The notes: generated by a model not told the origin, from the letters alone. DNA of 63,593 nt, filler included, from Lenisia limosa (GCA_001655205.1; 13 parts of 13 records of this genome joined end to end with filler, not necessarily neighbours in it); one strand, 5' to 3'. Shown: positions 48,701 to 60,556, numbered from the whole stretch's first letter. Program-made: numbers and translations.

Positions 48701-50000
48701 GTCTGTCTGATCCTGTCGGAAGCTTCGGAAGCGTCGGGTCGGAAGGAAGAGGCGGTTCCGAANNNNNNNNNNNNNNNNNNNNNNNNNNNNNNNNNNNNNN
48801 NNNNNNNNNNNNNNNNNNNNNNNNNNNNNNNNNNNNNNNNNNNNNNNNNNNNNNNNNNNNNNNAAGTAATGAATCTTCTTGAGGAAGCGAAATTCAATAC
48901 CACCAAAAAAAAAACTCGAGGAAGCGAAATTCAACACCAAAAAAGAGAAAGCGGAAAATAAATTGCAAAAAACCCACCCTTGGGCAGTTTCTGCTTCATG
49001 GGGGACGACGAGGCGGGACGGAGGGACGCGAAAGTCCGTTCCGGTATGGCCGCAACGGGCTCCTGGGGCTGTGCCAGGACCTCGCTGGTGGGTGAAGAAA
49101 AGCGACGAAATAAATAATAATAATAAAAATTAACAAGAGTGGTCTTAAATATAAATACTTGGCAATAATACCGCTCTAATTGGAGGACATAAACAGACTG
49201 CAATAAGTCCTGACACGGATATTGAGCTTATACATATATCGCTATAAGTCCAGGGATATTCAACTATATACACTGACTGCGATAAAACCTGACACGATTA
49301 CTGATCTTTATCTTTAGACAATCGTGTCAGGACTTATCGCGGTCACTGTAGGACAACTAAAAACCATCCCCCATAAAACATCTCTGTCACTTCCTTTCAC
49401 CTTTCACTCGGGATGATTTACTAAAGTACCATAACCTGTCCAAAACCCAAATAACCGATATTTGTGATTACAATCTAATTACAGCCCAGGGCAACATCAC
49501 AAAGGAAGACAAATATTTTTTTATCGTTAATAACACAACACTACATTGTTGATCGCAAATAACACATCGATAATAACACCACTTACTGTTGATCCACACT
49601 GTTGATCTCTAATAACACCACGAGATCGCTAATTACTTTAATTTTCCAAAATAACACCAGTCTTGCCATTTGTCTCACACACATAACACCGCCCTTTGTA
49701 TAACCAGGAACGAACCTGTAGAAGCCGCGTTGCCGCACACTCTGTGATAGATTCTCATTTGCATTGCTAGAAGCGGGTTTGTCTGACTGAGGAGAGGAGT
49801 GGAGAGAAGAAGAAGGAAGTGATACCCGGACGTTTCCTGCAATAACTGGTCAAAATGTCGAATTGAAAGAATTTGGTTACCATCCAAGGGTCTGGAGTTC
49901 AAGGTGGAGACCGGAAGACGTCCTCGCCTTCTGGACGAGCTCTTCTAGAGGGGTTAGTCCTCACTCTACGATTCATTTAACATACTTTAGAGCTCTGCAT
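45717..50000 (-). CDS. DNAH1: Axonemal inner-arm dynein heavy chain, DNAH1-like N-terminus (3' truncated)
   Basis: PPPGAAPRRVEIER|KKREYCSVNIGELLLS|IGVD, FLPLEPF..ESRQPNEW and IPRFQVCFDAEDPQHFSRR|YHEALKGRRDAEDAIRLNFYVD; proposed ATG at 50000 (MQSSK|). Confidence 0.83.
46490..46745. mobile_element. Family B element(s), tandem heads plus tail across an N gap
   Basis: Two GTATCTG(A/G)CCGAAG..CACAC heads and a tail ACAACTCTGTGCACACAGCTTTCTGCGTGCCTCCCCAGC. Confidence 0.75.
46785..46818. repeat. 21-bp duplication of a splice donor junction
   Basis: CCACCTTAGCAGG x2; minus strand CCTGCTAAG|GTGG. Confidence 0.8.
49271..49348. mobile_element. MITE family C, divergent subfamily
   Basis: TIR CAGTGACCGCGATAAGTCCTGACACGATT, TA on both sides. 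Confidence 0.75.
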
Positions 50001-50305
50001 CACGTTGAAATCGATAAATAGAGACTACAGTCTGTAAAAGAAGAGATGATATAAAAGTGTCAATCAGATGTTACAATGCGTTGTGTATAAGCAATATTAA
50101 CGTGTAATTTGAATCTTTTTACTCAATATCACAAATTTCAAACATTTATATTAAAAATTACTGGGGGGTAAGATAACCCAATTTGGGTATTTCCGTGTGT
50201 TTGCCCCCTCAAATCTGCCTCTATGCGGTACAGTATCTAGTCAGTTTATAGAGTAATAGCTAGTGCCGAAAAACGAAAAGACCCCGCCACTCACAACATC
50301 TCGCC
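50001..50305. promoter_or_regulatory. Putative bidirectional promoter region
   Basis: 305 bp between the divergent start codons of the DNAH1-like and GLT1D1-like genes; depends on the proposed DNAH1 start. Confidence 0.45.
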
Positions 50306-53300
50306 ATGAGCAAGAGGGTAGGCTTGATCGCACCCTGTACTATTGCTGCCTCGGGCAACACAACTACAACGCTTCGATTAGCAGGTGAGTCACATCTATT
50401 GCCAGTTTTCCATAGTCAATTGTTCTTGCACCGCTGTTCATTGTCCATGAAATATATATTACTGCGAACATTTCCTGACTTTGTATAATATGTCTGAACT
50501 TGGCAAAACACTTTCTTTCCAGTTCAATTTAAACTTTTTTTACTTACATATGAATGTGATTTATATAATGTAGTTTAAAAGTAATCTTTTTATATATATA
50601 CAGTGACCGAATATGTCTGAAGCGCTTTTCCTTGGGAAATCAAATGGCAAATCGGAAGACTAATCATTTTATATAATGTGTATTAATCTTTCTCTTCGTA
50701 CATGTCCATATTATCGATACTAATACTCCCACTTTTTTACTTATTAATTCGCAATAAAACAGGGAAACTAAGCATAAAGCGATCAAAGAATCACCTTAAC
50801 AGGGCTCCTCTCTTCCGAAGGCAATCCAACTGAAGTGCTGAACATCTACTCGCTACCCGAGTGTGAGACTGAAGCTGAGGTAGGGTGGGTATAGGAGTTT
50901 AATTATTACTGATAAAGTGAGACTTGGAATAGTCACCAAGTACGGCTGTTGGGTCTGCCTAAAGATGACGTGTCACCAACCAGATCTTGGGTCTAGGGCT
51001 TCACTTCGGTTCGAAAAGACTGACAATATCTCGATATTTATCGAAGATTTATCTAGAAATTCAGTATTTTTTTGAACAGAAGTGAAGCCCTTGTATCATA
51101 ATTAATTTTCCAAAAAAAACCATTATTTATGACTTTTATAAAATTTACATAAACTGATGGGAACTGATTACATTGTAACTGTTTAGTTTACCTGAAATAC
51201 TCATAGCAACTGAATAAATTATGGTTTAGTTTTCCTGTTTACCTTAATGCTAATAGCAACTGGTTATATTGTAACTCTATTTACCTGAAGTAAAAGAGGA
51301 TGGCTGCCTAGTTTATCTGCAATTCTTATAAATGGCTGCCAAGTTTACCTTAAAAACTGACACCACAGGTGACATTGCTGAAATGGATTGAAGAGAAAAA
51401 GATAGACCTTGTTGTCCTTCTCCATGCATACAGAGCTGGCAAGTTCTTTTCAAAGGAGAGGATTCCTAAGGATTCGCCACTTCTCACGACTAAGTACACA
51501 CTGTTCACTTTTTGTGACCTACAAAATTATTTGGGCTGCGTTTTATTCATTTTAGTATTTAATTACCATAGATTTGTTGTTATTCTTGGGGGTACGGATG
51601 CGAACGTCGCACTTTTCGACCCATTGAAGGCCCCTGTAGTTAAGGTAAGAATATGAATGTTGGTTATGTGCCAAGTTATTAATGGCACTGTTATGTTATA
51701 AAAAAAGGCTATGTATTGGTGATGTTATGCGAAATGTGCGATAAGTAACTTCAGCTTTCTTTGCATAATGAGCTTTACATTAATTCCCAAAGCTAGTGCT
51801 CTTCTATTAGAAATCACAAGGTCTGAAATAGTGTGTGTTATAAAAGGACCTCGTGTTATGTTTGCAATATTACCACCAATCGAACTAACATTTCTAAGAG
51901 GCATGGAAATTTTCGAGGTTTTACGATATTTTAGCAAATTGAATCTTGATTTGGATAAATCTCTGCACATTGCCAATAACCCGGCAAACATCCAAAACGG
52001 TGTAGGAGAGTAATTTTGAAACTGAAGGTGTATTTTCATTGGGATCTATTGTTATAAGAAGAGCGCCATTTCAAACCCTTATATTTTTTTTAAAATGTTA
52101 ACTTTATTTCTTGGAAACACTATTCGCACAAAGACCTATTATTTCCCTTACTAACTGAACCTCTCAGGATGTTTGCGAAAGAGCTTCAATGATCATTTCC
52201 TTCACCAAAGCCATGGCAGACAAAATAAAAGTGGGGGCAATGCAAGTTATGTTACTAATGTTTCTTGTTATATTTTCGATCTCAACTTGCACGAAAAAAG
52301 ACCAGGAGTAAGATGAACTGCGTCATTTTTGTTTTTTTTTGTTTTTATTGTTGGAAGTCCTACACCTCAGTAGTATGCCCTTGCAGTGAGAAGTTATGAG
52401 TAGTTTCACCTTTTAGTGGGAAGTTCCCGCTGCGAACATTACCATGATCCCGCAATCCATCCCACCCTACTCTGATTTGAAACCGTAAGCTTCTGATCTT
52501 TCACTTTCCTGTGATATTATATTCTTTCACTGCTCATGAAATCTTTCACTAATCACCCAAGGTGGTTGGGCTTTGTTTGTTTTTGTGCTGTTTTCAATCC
52601 TCATCTCTATGTTCAGCCAGAGTTAATATTTTGGGTGTCGAGGCAATCTAATCAATCTATCCCCCCCTCCCTTACGGAGTGATGGGATGTGGTGCTGNNN
52701 NNNNNNNNNNNNNNNNNNNNNNNNNNNNNNNNNNNNNNNNNNNNNNNNNNNNNNNNNNNNNNNNNNNNNNNNNNNNNNNNNNNNNNNNNNNNNNNNNNNN
52801 NNNNNNNNNNNNNNNNNNNNNNNNNNNNCACAGAGACGACACGAGCCTCCGTAAGCGGTTTGCCCTCTCCCAAGACCGCCTGATATTCTCAATGCCAATC
52901 TCAATCCGGCCCGTAAAAGACCCTCTCCGCCTCCTCCGCGCCTTCAGTCGCATGCACGTCACGTGCCCGCGCGTCTGCCTCGTTATTATGGGCCCCGTGC
53001 TTGATGATGAGATGATGAACGAGCTCGAGAAGGCGACTGGGAATGGTTTGTGGTTATTCAGGTGTTATTTCTAGATTTTATGAGAGAAAGAAATACATTT
53101 CAAAATATAATCTAATGGATAACATTTCCCGCTTTTTGGTCCCACTCACAACGCTGAGCGTCTTCAGCTAACAATATAGGAGACCCCATTTGTGACACTG
53201 ACAACAGCGGAAGCGATATGTTTGGGGGGTGGATTTTGACTTTATCTTCTTTCTAAATAAGGAATAGAAAAATAGTGAGTATCCGCCCACATAATTCTTC

Positions 53301-54832
53301 TCCTATCTCACCCAATAATTCTTCTTACAGCTCTATGCTCTTGAACAACCATTTTTCTCTTCTTTTTGTTGTCTCAGCACTAGAACATCGATAAATATGA
53401 TAAAATCCTCAATGAATCCTCAATAAACATCGATATTTTTTACCTGTCTTTTTCGGACCGTAGGGAAGCCCACCCAGCACTGATCGAATAGGTCGCTGGA
53501 GGAATGTGTATTGAAGCTCAACAAGCTGGTTGAAGAAATGAAGGAGGAGGATGAGTCCAATGAAGTGTACGAGCAGCATACTGGTTGAGGGGGGAGGATG
53601 AGTCCAATGAAGTAGATATACAGTGACCGGGATAAGTCTTGACCGATTGTCCTTGTGAAATCATAGCAAATCGGTTAAGACTTCTCCCGGTCACTGTACA
53701 TATACATAGTTGTATGTTCTAGCTCTAACCGCATTTACCCTCCAGCAACCGCTCCACCCGGAGCCCTTCGACCCTCCAGTTCTTCCTGGCTGTTCTACCA
53801 CCCCGCAGTAGACAAGGCAACCATGGACGGCATAATGAGTGCCAGCGCAGCCGTACTCAACTCGTCCGTTTCAGAGGGCATGGCGGCGGTATTACTGGAA
53901 GCCCTGGTGAGGTATTCATTTTGGCTCCTTTCAACATTTATCCCCATTCACGTTTTAGGCTCTAAAAGTGCCTATGGTTGCAAGGAATATTGAAGGTGAG
54001 TACTGGTGATACATATGTTTTGAAACTCTCCACGGAATATTGTAAAGAAAGGATCATTTGCCCTTTGTCTTCTCTGGCTGGGTATCCGCCCCCCCCCCCC
54101 ACAGACATCTTATATACCACCAGAATCATCATCATACATTCTATCATAATAAAACACCCCCACACACACACACAAACACATATACATCTAAAATCTAAGG
54201 ATACAAAATAAAACATAGGGATACCACAGTCCACTGACTCGGTTTAACGTTTCAGGCAACGCGGCCGTTTTAACGCACAACAAAACGGGGTTCCTCTTCC
54301 GGACGGATTTTGAATTTGTGGAATGTTGCGCCAGCGCGCTCAATTCGCGTGTTGAGGGTTCAAAAGAATCAAGTCAGCTGAATATGAAATAAAATAGTAT
54401 ATTTTTATATCAAATCATATCATATATTGATATATAGTATATGATATGATTGTGCTAATTGCCTGACTTCTCTCTGTTTCATTTTGTTGAACCGTCTTTT
54501 TGATAATATGAACTATCCAATAAAATGGACCTGTTAACTCTCGAGTGGCTTATCTTATCAAGAACCTTGCTCTTCGTTACTCTCTGTGAATATACTGTTT
54601 TCCGTTTCCCGGCAACCCAAATTGGCATTTCCTGGGTTTATTTTTCAAGTTTTACTTTATTTTTATTTTTTATTTTTTTTGAGTAAAAGATGCAAGTATC
54701 CCGCTGATATTGTGTAACCAACCCCGCGCTAACATGGCAGATATCATTGCTGACGGATTCGACTTGGTCAACACCGTGCACCACCCAGATGCCGAGAAAA
54801 AGGCGTATAAACGGGTTATTGAGGGTATTTAG
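50306..54832 (+). CDS. GLT1D1: GT4-family glycosyltransferase, GLT1D1-like, complete
   Basis: SGNTTTTLRLA, VLLHAYRAG, FVVILGGTDAN, SIRPVKDPLRLLRAF, VLNSSVSEGMAAVLLEAL|ALKVPMVARNIE|GNAAVLTHNKTGFLF; TAG at 54830-54832. Confidence 0.88.
50996..51090. mobile_element. MITE family A
   Basis: TA-GGGCTTCACTTCGGTTCG...GAACAGAAGTGAAGCCC, intronic. Confidence 0.85.
53621..53696. mobile_element. MITE family C, best copy
   Basis: TA-CAGTGACCGGGATAAGTCTTGACCGATT...AATCGGTTAAGACTTCTCCCGGTCACTG-TA. Confidence 0.88.
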
Positions 54833-55239
54833 AGTTGTTGGATGTTATGTGGGGTATGTTGGTGACATGTTTCTATTTTGAATGTATGAAGAGTAGGGCT
54901 TCACTCCGGTCAAAAAAAATACCGAAAATATCGATAGTTTTTGAGAGAATTTATCAAGAAATTCAGTCTTTTTTCAAACCGAAGTATAAAGAGTTACAGT
55001 TGGTTTTGGTAGGTGTGTATAATATCGAAATATCCTCTTTTGAGCAGAAAACTTCTCGCCAAATGCTACTACCTTTATTTCGATAAATCCTCCTATCGAT
55101 ATTTTTCTGATTTTTCGGACCGAAGTAGCCTGTTTTTTTTTTACTTCTCAGCTGTATACATGATTAACTTTCATGAAAGAAATAAGGGATGAGTCGATTG
55201 CCGTATGATAAATAGAGATGAGAAATAACAGAAAATGGA

Positions 55240-57643
55240 AGTATGTCGCCAGGTACCCGGCTTACAACCTGAAAAACAACACAGTTTAGATATTGAAGAA
55301 GCTAAAACTCTACTGTTCCTAAGCCGCACTTTAACAAAACCGAGTGGGTTGTTCATAGTGTTTTAAACAGCTTTCCCCCTCTTCTCATACACCATATATT
55401 ACTCTGACTAATTTACACTTTTTTCGACTTTAGCGATTATAATATATTCAGAATATAAGACAAATACATTAGAAGGATCATCTGATGTAGACCTAAACAC
55501 GTCATTGCAGAACAAGGGAGGCTGAAAATTTACCCAATAGGGTGATTTTTACACTTTGAATTGTACCCAGTTTGCTCTTACACTTGCCTACTTAAATTTT
55601 CCCAAATTTGCCGAACCACTCAACTTTGTAAAACATAAGGACCGTTTTTATTCATCACCAAACTCCCCCTCTTTTTACATAAAAAGACCCCTCAACCTGG
55701 TAATGAAGGTCCCCGCCATCCTGAGTGCCTCCGTCATTGCAGCGGTAATAGGCGTTGCCCCCAATTACTTCATTTCCCACCTGACAGAAATAAATGCCTC
55801 TCCAATTATGTAGCTTAGAACTGGCTGAATTTTTCAATTACAATTAACATTGATGTGCAATTGCAGGTTATACTCAAAAAGTTAGCCTCAATATCGATAT
55901 TGATCGAGAAATTCAGTCATTTTTCGAACCGAAGTGAAGCCCTAAAATATGTGCATGTATTCGATAAAGTCGGACTAATTGTAAGTATTTTGGTTCCCTC
56001 CTCACAGTGTAATGCTGATTGCCCCCGGACTCATAGAAAGGGTGGGCTGACAAGGATAGGACAGCTGAACAATTAGGACTAGGGATCTGCACTGTATTCC
56101 ACCCACAATTTTGAAAACAAACATCATAGACTCATAAACATCATTGACACAGCCAGAGTAGGGCTTCCCTTCGGTTCGAAAAAGACCTTTCAAATATCGA
56201 TAGTTTTCGAGGATTTATCGGGAATTTCAGTCTTTTTTGAACCGAAGTGAAGCCCTAAGTTGGGAAACTTCGTTTCCCCTCGTTGCCGACATCCATAACC
56301 AAAACAACATTCCTCAAACTCTATCCTTCGTTTGTCATATGATTATGGAATAACTACATGTAGCTAGTATATGATATAAATATTCTAGCTAAATATATTA
56401 TGCATATCATATTGTATACTATACTATATTATATGTAGACATAACAAATACTTTTGGATAATATTAATTCACCCAGATATTTCTTGCCCCCAAAAAAACT
56501 TCACACCCCCCCCACTTCGACTTCTGTAGCCATAATTCGCAGTTGCAGGTAAATATCCGCTAAAATGACCGGGAAGTGTTGTGAAGTTATCCTGGGGACT
56601 GTCAGGCATGACTATGATTATCCCGAGCCTATGAGGCATGACATAGATTGTAGTGAAGTCTCTATTGAAACTAACTTCATAAAGAGCCGACCATTGAACT
56701 GTACACAGACAACATCCGCAATGAAAGAGATAAATGTAATAAATATATGTCAGACCAGGGGGAGGGGGTTATGATATGTAGTAAAAAAATTAAAACAAGC
56801 TAGTATAGTATAGGGTTATAGTAGAAATTAATTTAAGATTTGAGCCTTGGCGTGAGTATATTACAAACGGATTCGTTCTGTTTTAGGCATATTAGTTATT
56901 TGCGGTTTGAGGTGTAGTAAGGAAATCAAGATGTATGTCAGATTATCAATTCCGCAGTTCCAGGGGGATAAATTAATTCCTGTGAGGCGGTATAGCCATA
57001 TTCACCCGAGTGTATCAGAGTCGTGAGACTCGTGGGTCAATTTCATACGAGTGGGTATGATATCATGAGTGGATATGGGTTAACATTTCATGATGTAGAA
57101 AATGATTGTTCACATCTGTAAAAATGAACCCCAAAAAGTGATTTGATGACTGACCATACCTTCAGAGTGTTCTGAGGGAGTCCAGTTGTTCCCTTAATGT
57201 ACTGAATCAAATTGGTGTCGGTTGAGCGGAAGTGGATGGACTGATGCGCAATATTTCCCTACTGTTTGAGAATAAGGAACCATAAAAAAAAAAACGGAGG
57301 AGTTCTGATTGAGAGAACTACCAACAACACATAGCATGTCATATTATGCTATATAACTATCTACTAGCTTATCCAGTGACCTGGATAAGTCTTGACCTAT
57401 TTTCCTTGGGAAATCATGTTATACCCCACTTTATAGCAGTATATTTATGAGAACTCGAAAGTTGGTCATATGGTCATATCACCTGTGGATAAGGGCCCTC
57501 CTCACCTTGCAGTAGTATCTGACCTCAGAGGTGCCCAGCGAGGTGAGGAGCGCCGTACTGGCCTGGCCCCATTCAAGGGGAACAGTCGACCCTTCAAACC
57601 CTGGGGTTCTGGCAGTGTAGAGCGGCAATGTCGAGGTCAACAC
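55240..57643 (-). CDS. Fibrinogen-like domain protein (5' partial)
   Basis: EWGQASTALLTSLGTSEVRYYCK|SIHFRSTDTNLIQYIKG, FTTLPGHFSGYLPA and HPFYESGGNQHYT|VGNEVIGGNAYYRCNDGG..LHYQ resemble, from memory, bacterial/cnidarian fibrinogen-like YCDxxxxGGGW-type domains. Confidence 0.55.
56161..56255. mobile_element. MITE family A (A1/A2 intermediate)
   Basis: TA-GGGCTTCCCTTCGGTTCG...GAACCGAAGTGAAGCCC-TA. Confidence 0.88.
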
Positions 57644-58082
57644 CTGCTCAGGTAAATAGCGATTCCCAACGGTCTGAAAAAGACTGGTAAAATATCGATA
57701 TTATTGAGGATTCTTAGAGAAATTGGTCCTTAGGGAAGCCCAACAGGGGGGTAATTAGAAAAAGGGGCCGGGAACGTATTTGATTACAACTAAGGATGGG
57801 CTGGCAGAAAGAGTGATCCATTTCAAAGACAGAGTTCTTATGGCTCTATTATTCTTTTTGGGGTTTAATCCTTCGCATTAAAACGTAATATTAATAATTG
57901 TTAAAGGTTTGGGGAAAATGGTTCTCATCTTAGCATAAAATTAAGTAGGAACCTCCTCCTTTTTATCCGAACTCACTTTGGTCCGAAAAAAGACGGTTGT
58001 TTTGGACAAATCCTCGATAAACATCGATATTACCGCCCTTCTTCGGACCATAGGGAAGCCCTCAATATGACTGTTACCAAGT

Positions 58083-58182
58083 NNNNNNNNNNNNNNNNNN
58101 NNNNNNNNNNNNNNNNNNNNNNNNNNTTAATTAATTAANNNNNNNNNNNNNNNNNNNNNNNNNNNNNNNNNNNNNNNNNNNN
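58083..58182. other. Artificial scaffold spacer
   Basis: 44N-TTAATTAATTAA-44N. Confidence 0.97.
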
Positions 58183-58202
58183 ATTTACCCCCTTCCTCAC
58201 AG

Positions 58203-59434
58203 TTATTCCCTGTTTCTCTGACCTTGGCTCTATCGCAAATGGAGCGTTCCAATGCCACAATGAAGGGTCTCCAGACAACACCAACCAGACCGTTTTCCAT
58301 GTAAGCTGAGAGGATTTCTTTCTGGTAAAAAAGGCCATTTACCATGTTTTTCTTTTTTTCATTCACTCCCCTCCCTCAATTTGCGACTTCTTTTTTTTTG
58401 TACATAGATTTTCCATCAAACAGACACTCTTATCATCCCCCATTCCATCCTAAACAACCAGCCTTAGAAATGAAAATTGCCTCTTTAACCCCCCCAGGAT
58501 TGGCCTGGGCTTTATTTCGTTGTTATCAACCCTTGTGTGTTGTCAGCTAACAGAGTTGATTTTGGGCTTTTTTTTTTGGTCTCATAAATTTCCTTCGTTT
58601 TACTCCCCAGGTATGCAATCTGGGCTGNNNNNNNNNNNNNNNNNNNNNNNNNNNNNNNNNNNNNNNNNNNNNNNNNNNNNNNNNNNNNNNNNNNNNNNNN
58701 NNNNNNNNNNNNNNNNNNNNNNNNNNNNNNNNNNNNNNNNNNNNNNNNNNNNNNNNNNNNNNNNNNNNNNNNNNNNNNNNNNNNNNNNNNNNNNNNNNNN
58801 NNNNNNNNNNNNNNNNNNNNNNNNNNNNNNNNNNNNNNNNNNNNNNNNNNNNNNNNNNNNNNNNNNNNNCCCTTTACTCCAATATTCTTCGTCGAATTTT
58901 CCTTCGTTTCACTCCCCAGCGTACCCCTGTGACAAGGCCACCCAGCCCTCCGTCACGAATGGAGTACTCTCCTGCAGCATCAACGCTCTCGATTCCCTCA
59001 GAACCACTGATGAATGTTACGCCTCTTGTAATACTGGCTACGTGCCTACAGGTGGGTGGGAGCTATCCTTTCTCCACTATTCTTCACCTAATTTTCTTCG
59101 TTTTGTGTTGCTTTCGATAGAATTGATTCAGGGCTTTTTTTGTTTTCATAAATGGTCCATTCTATCCCCCCCCCCACACCTGGGATGCGGTGCCACAGAA
59201 ACGACTGGCTTGGCNNNNNNNNNNNNNNNNNNNNNNNNNNNNNNNNNNNNNNNNNNNNNNNNNNNNNNNNNNNNNNNNNNNNNNNNNNNNNNNNNNNNNN
59301 NNNNNNNNNNNNNNNNNNNNNNNNNNNNNNNNNNNNNNNNNNNNNNNNNNNNNNNNNNNNNNNNNNNNNNNNNNNNNNNNNNNNNNNNNNNNNNNNNNNN
59401 TACACCTGGAGCACCCCTGGTCCGAATTGCACAC
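58203..59434 (+). CDS. Sushi/CCP-like repeat protein (partial)
   Basis: PC..LGSIANGAFQC, PCDKATQPSVTNGVLSC..CYASCNTGYVPT and YTWSTPGPNCT: the C-x-P..NG..C..C..GY..W..P.P.C pattern. Confidence 0.6.
58540..58610 (+). repeat. Family D2/D1 hybrid at an intron acceptor
   Basis: TGTGTTGTCAGCTAACAGAGTTGATTTTGGGC...TTTCCTTCGTTTTACTCCCCAG|. Confidence 0.8.
58870..58919 (+). repeat. Family D1 element at an intron acceptor
   Basis: CCAATATTCTTCGTCGAATTTTCCTTCGTTTCACTCCCCAG|. Confidence 0.8.
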
Positions 59435-60556
59435 GTAGGGGGGGGGGGTAATTGTAAGATAATAACAGTAATGGAAGATGTGCTCTGTGCGCACAAAGTT
59501 GCAAGGCAAATGATTAGGTGAATTAATAGTGTTCTTTCATCCCTTGTAACAACCTTGGTTTTTATTGCACATTGCTATTATATGTATGTGTGGGTGGGTG
59601 GAGGAGGGGATAATAGGAATGCTCAACAATCGTAAGGTGATTTGGAGGTTGATCTGAAAACAAATTCTGGGGAGTAAAGCCTTCCCACATGTCCAACAAA
59701 CGGCTGAAGTTGTTAAAAAAAAAAAAAAAAAANNNNNNNNNNNNNNNNNNNNNNNNNNNNNNNNNNNNNNNNNNNNNNNNNNNNNNNNNNNNNNNNNNNN
59801 NNNNNNNNNNNNNNNNNNNNNNNNNNNNNNNNNNNNNNNNNNNNNNNNNNNNNNNNNNNNNNNNNNNNNNNNNNNNNNNNNNNNNNNNNNNNNNNNNNNN
59901 NNNNNNNNNNNNNNNNNNNNNNNNNNNNNNNNNNNNNNNNNNNNNNNNNNNNNNNNNNNNNNNNNNNNNNNNNNNNNNNNNNNAGTTCTCCTGCGATATC
60001 AATGTGGGCAAACACATGGGGAAACTTGAACTTGAAATCAATATCTAACGGGGGAAAATTAATATTCCCAAGAACCTGGGGTTCCGATACACATTATTTG
60101 GAAAAAAGAGTGCCTTTCTCTCTGAGACCTTTCCCTGAGGGTACTTGTGTGTTTCTAAAATGTATTGGCTCTAGAGAATATTACTGGGGTTTATTTTTTT
60201 TGTGTTTGTTTTGTTTTTTTCATAACTATTCCTTCACCTTTTTATTTCATTTTTTTAGGATGGCTCCTGGGATTCTGACATGACCTGTCTCTGTAGGGGG
60301 GGGGGTGTAATTGTACCCCTTAATAACAATAATTAGATTTGACAAGGAATCACTGCGTGGAAAATGATAGTTCACATGTGTGAAAATGATCCAAAAAGTG
60401 ATATGATGATTATTCCCCCTTTGTCCCATTTGATGCCCCACTTTCCCTCTTTTTAACATTTAGTCATTCCTCCCATTGTAAACCTCGCGGCTGTCCAAGA
60501 CCCTGCATCCATGACAACTATGGTGGGGGTATTACTTCTCTAATTTGATTCAAATT

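Noticed and set aside
59160-59200. Non-canonical GT-AC intron ending at CCCCACAC
   Set aside because: A canonical CAG about 20 nt downstream gives an in-frame join (GYVPT|ETTGL).
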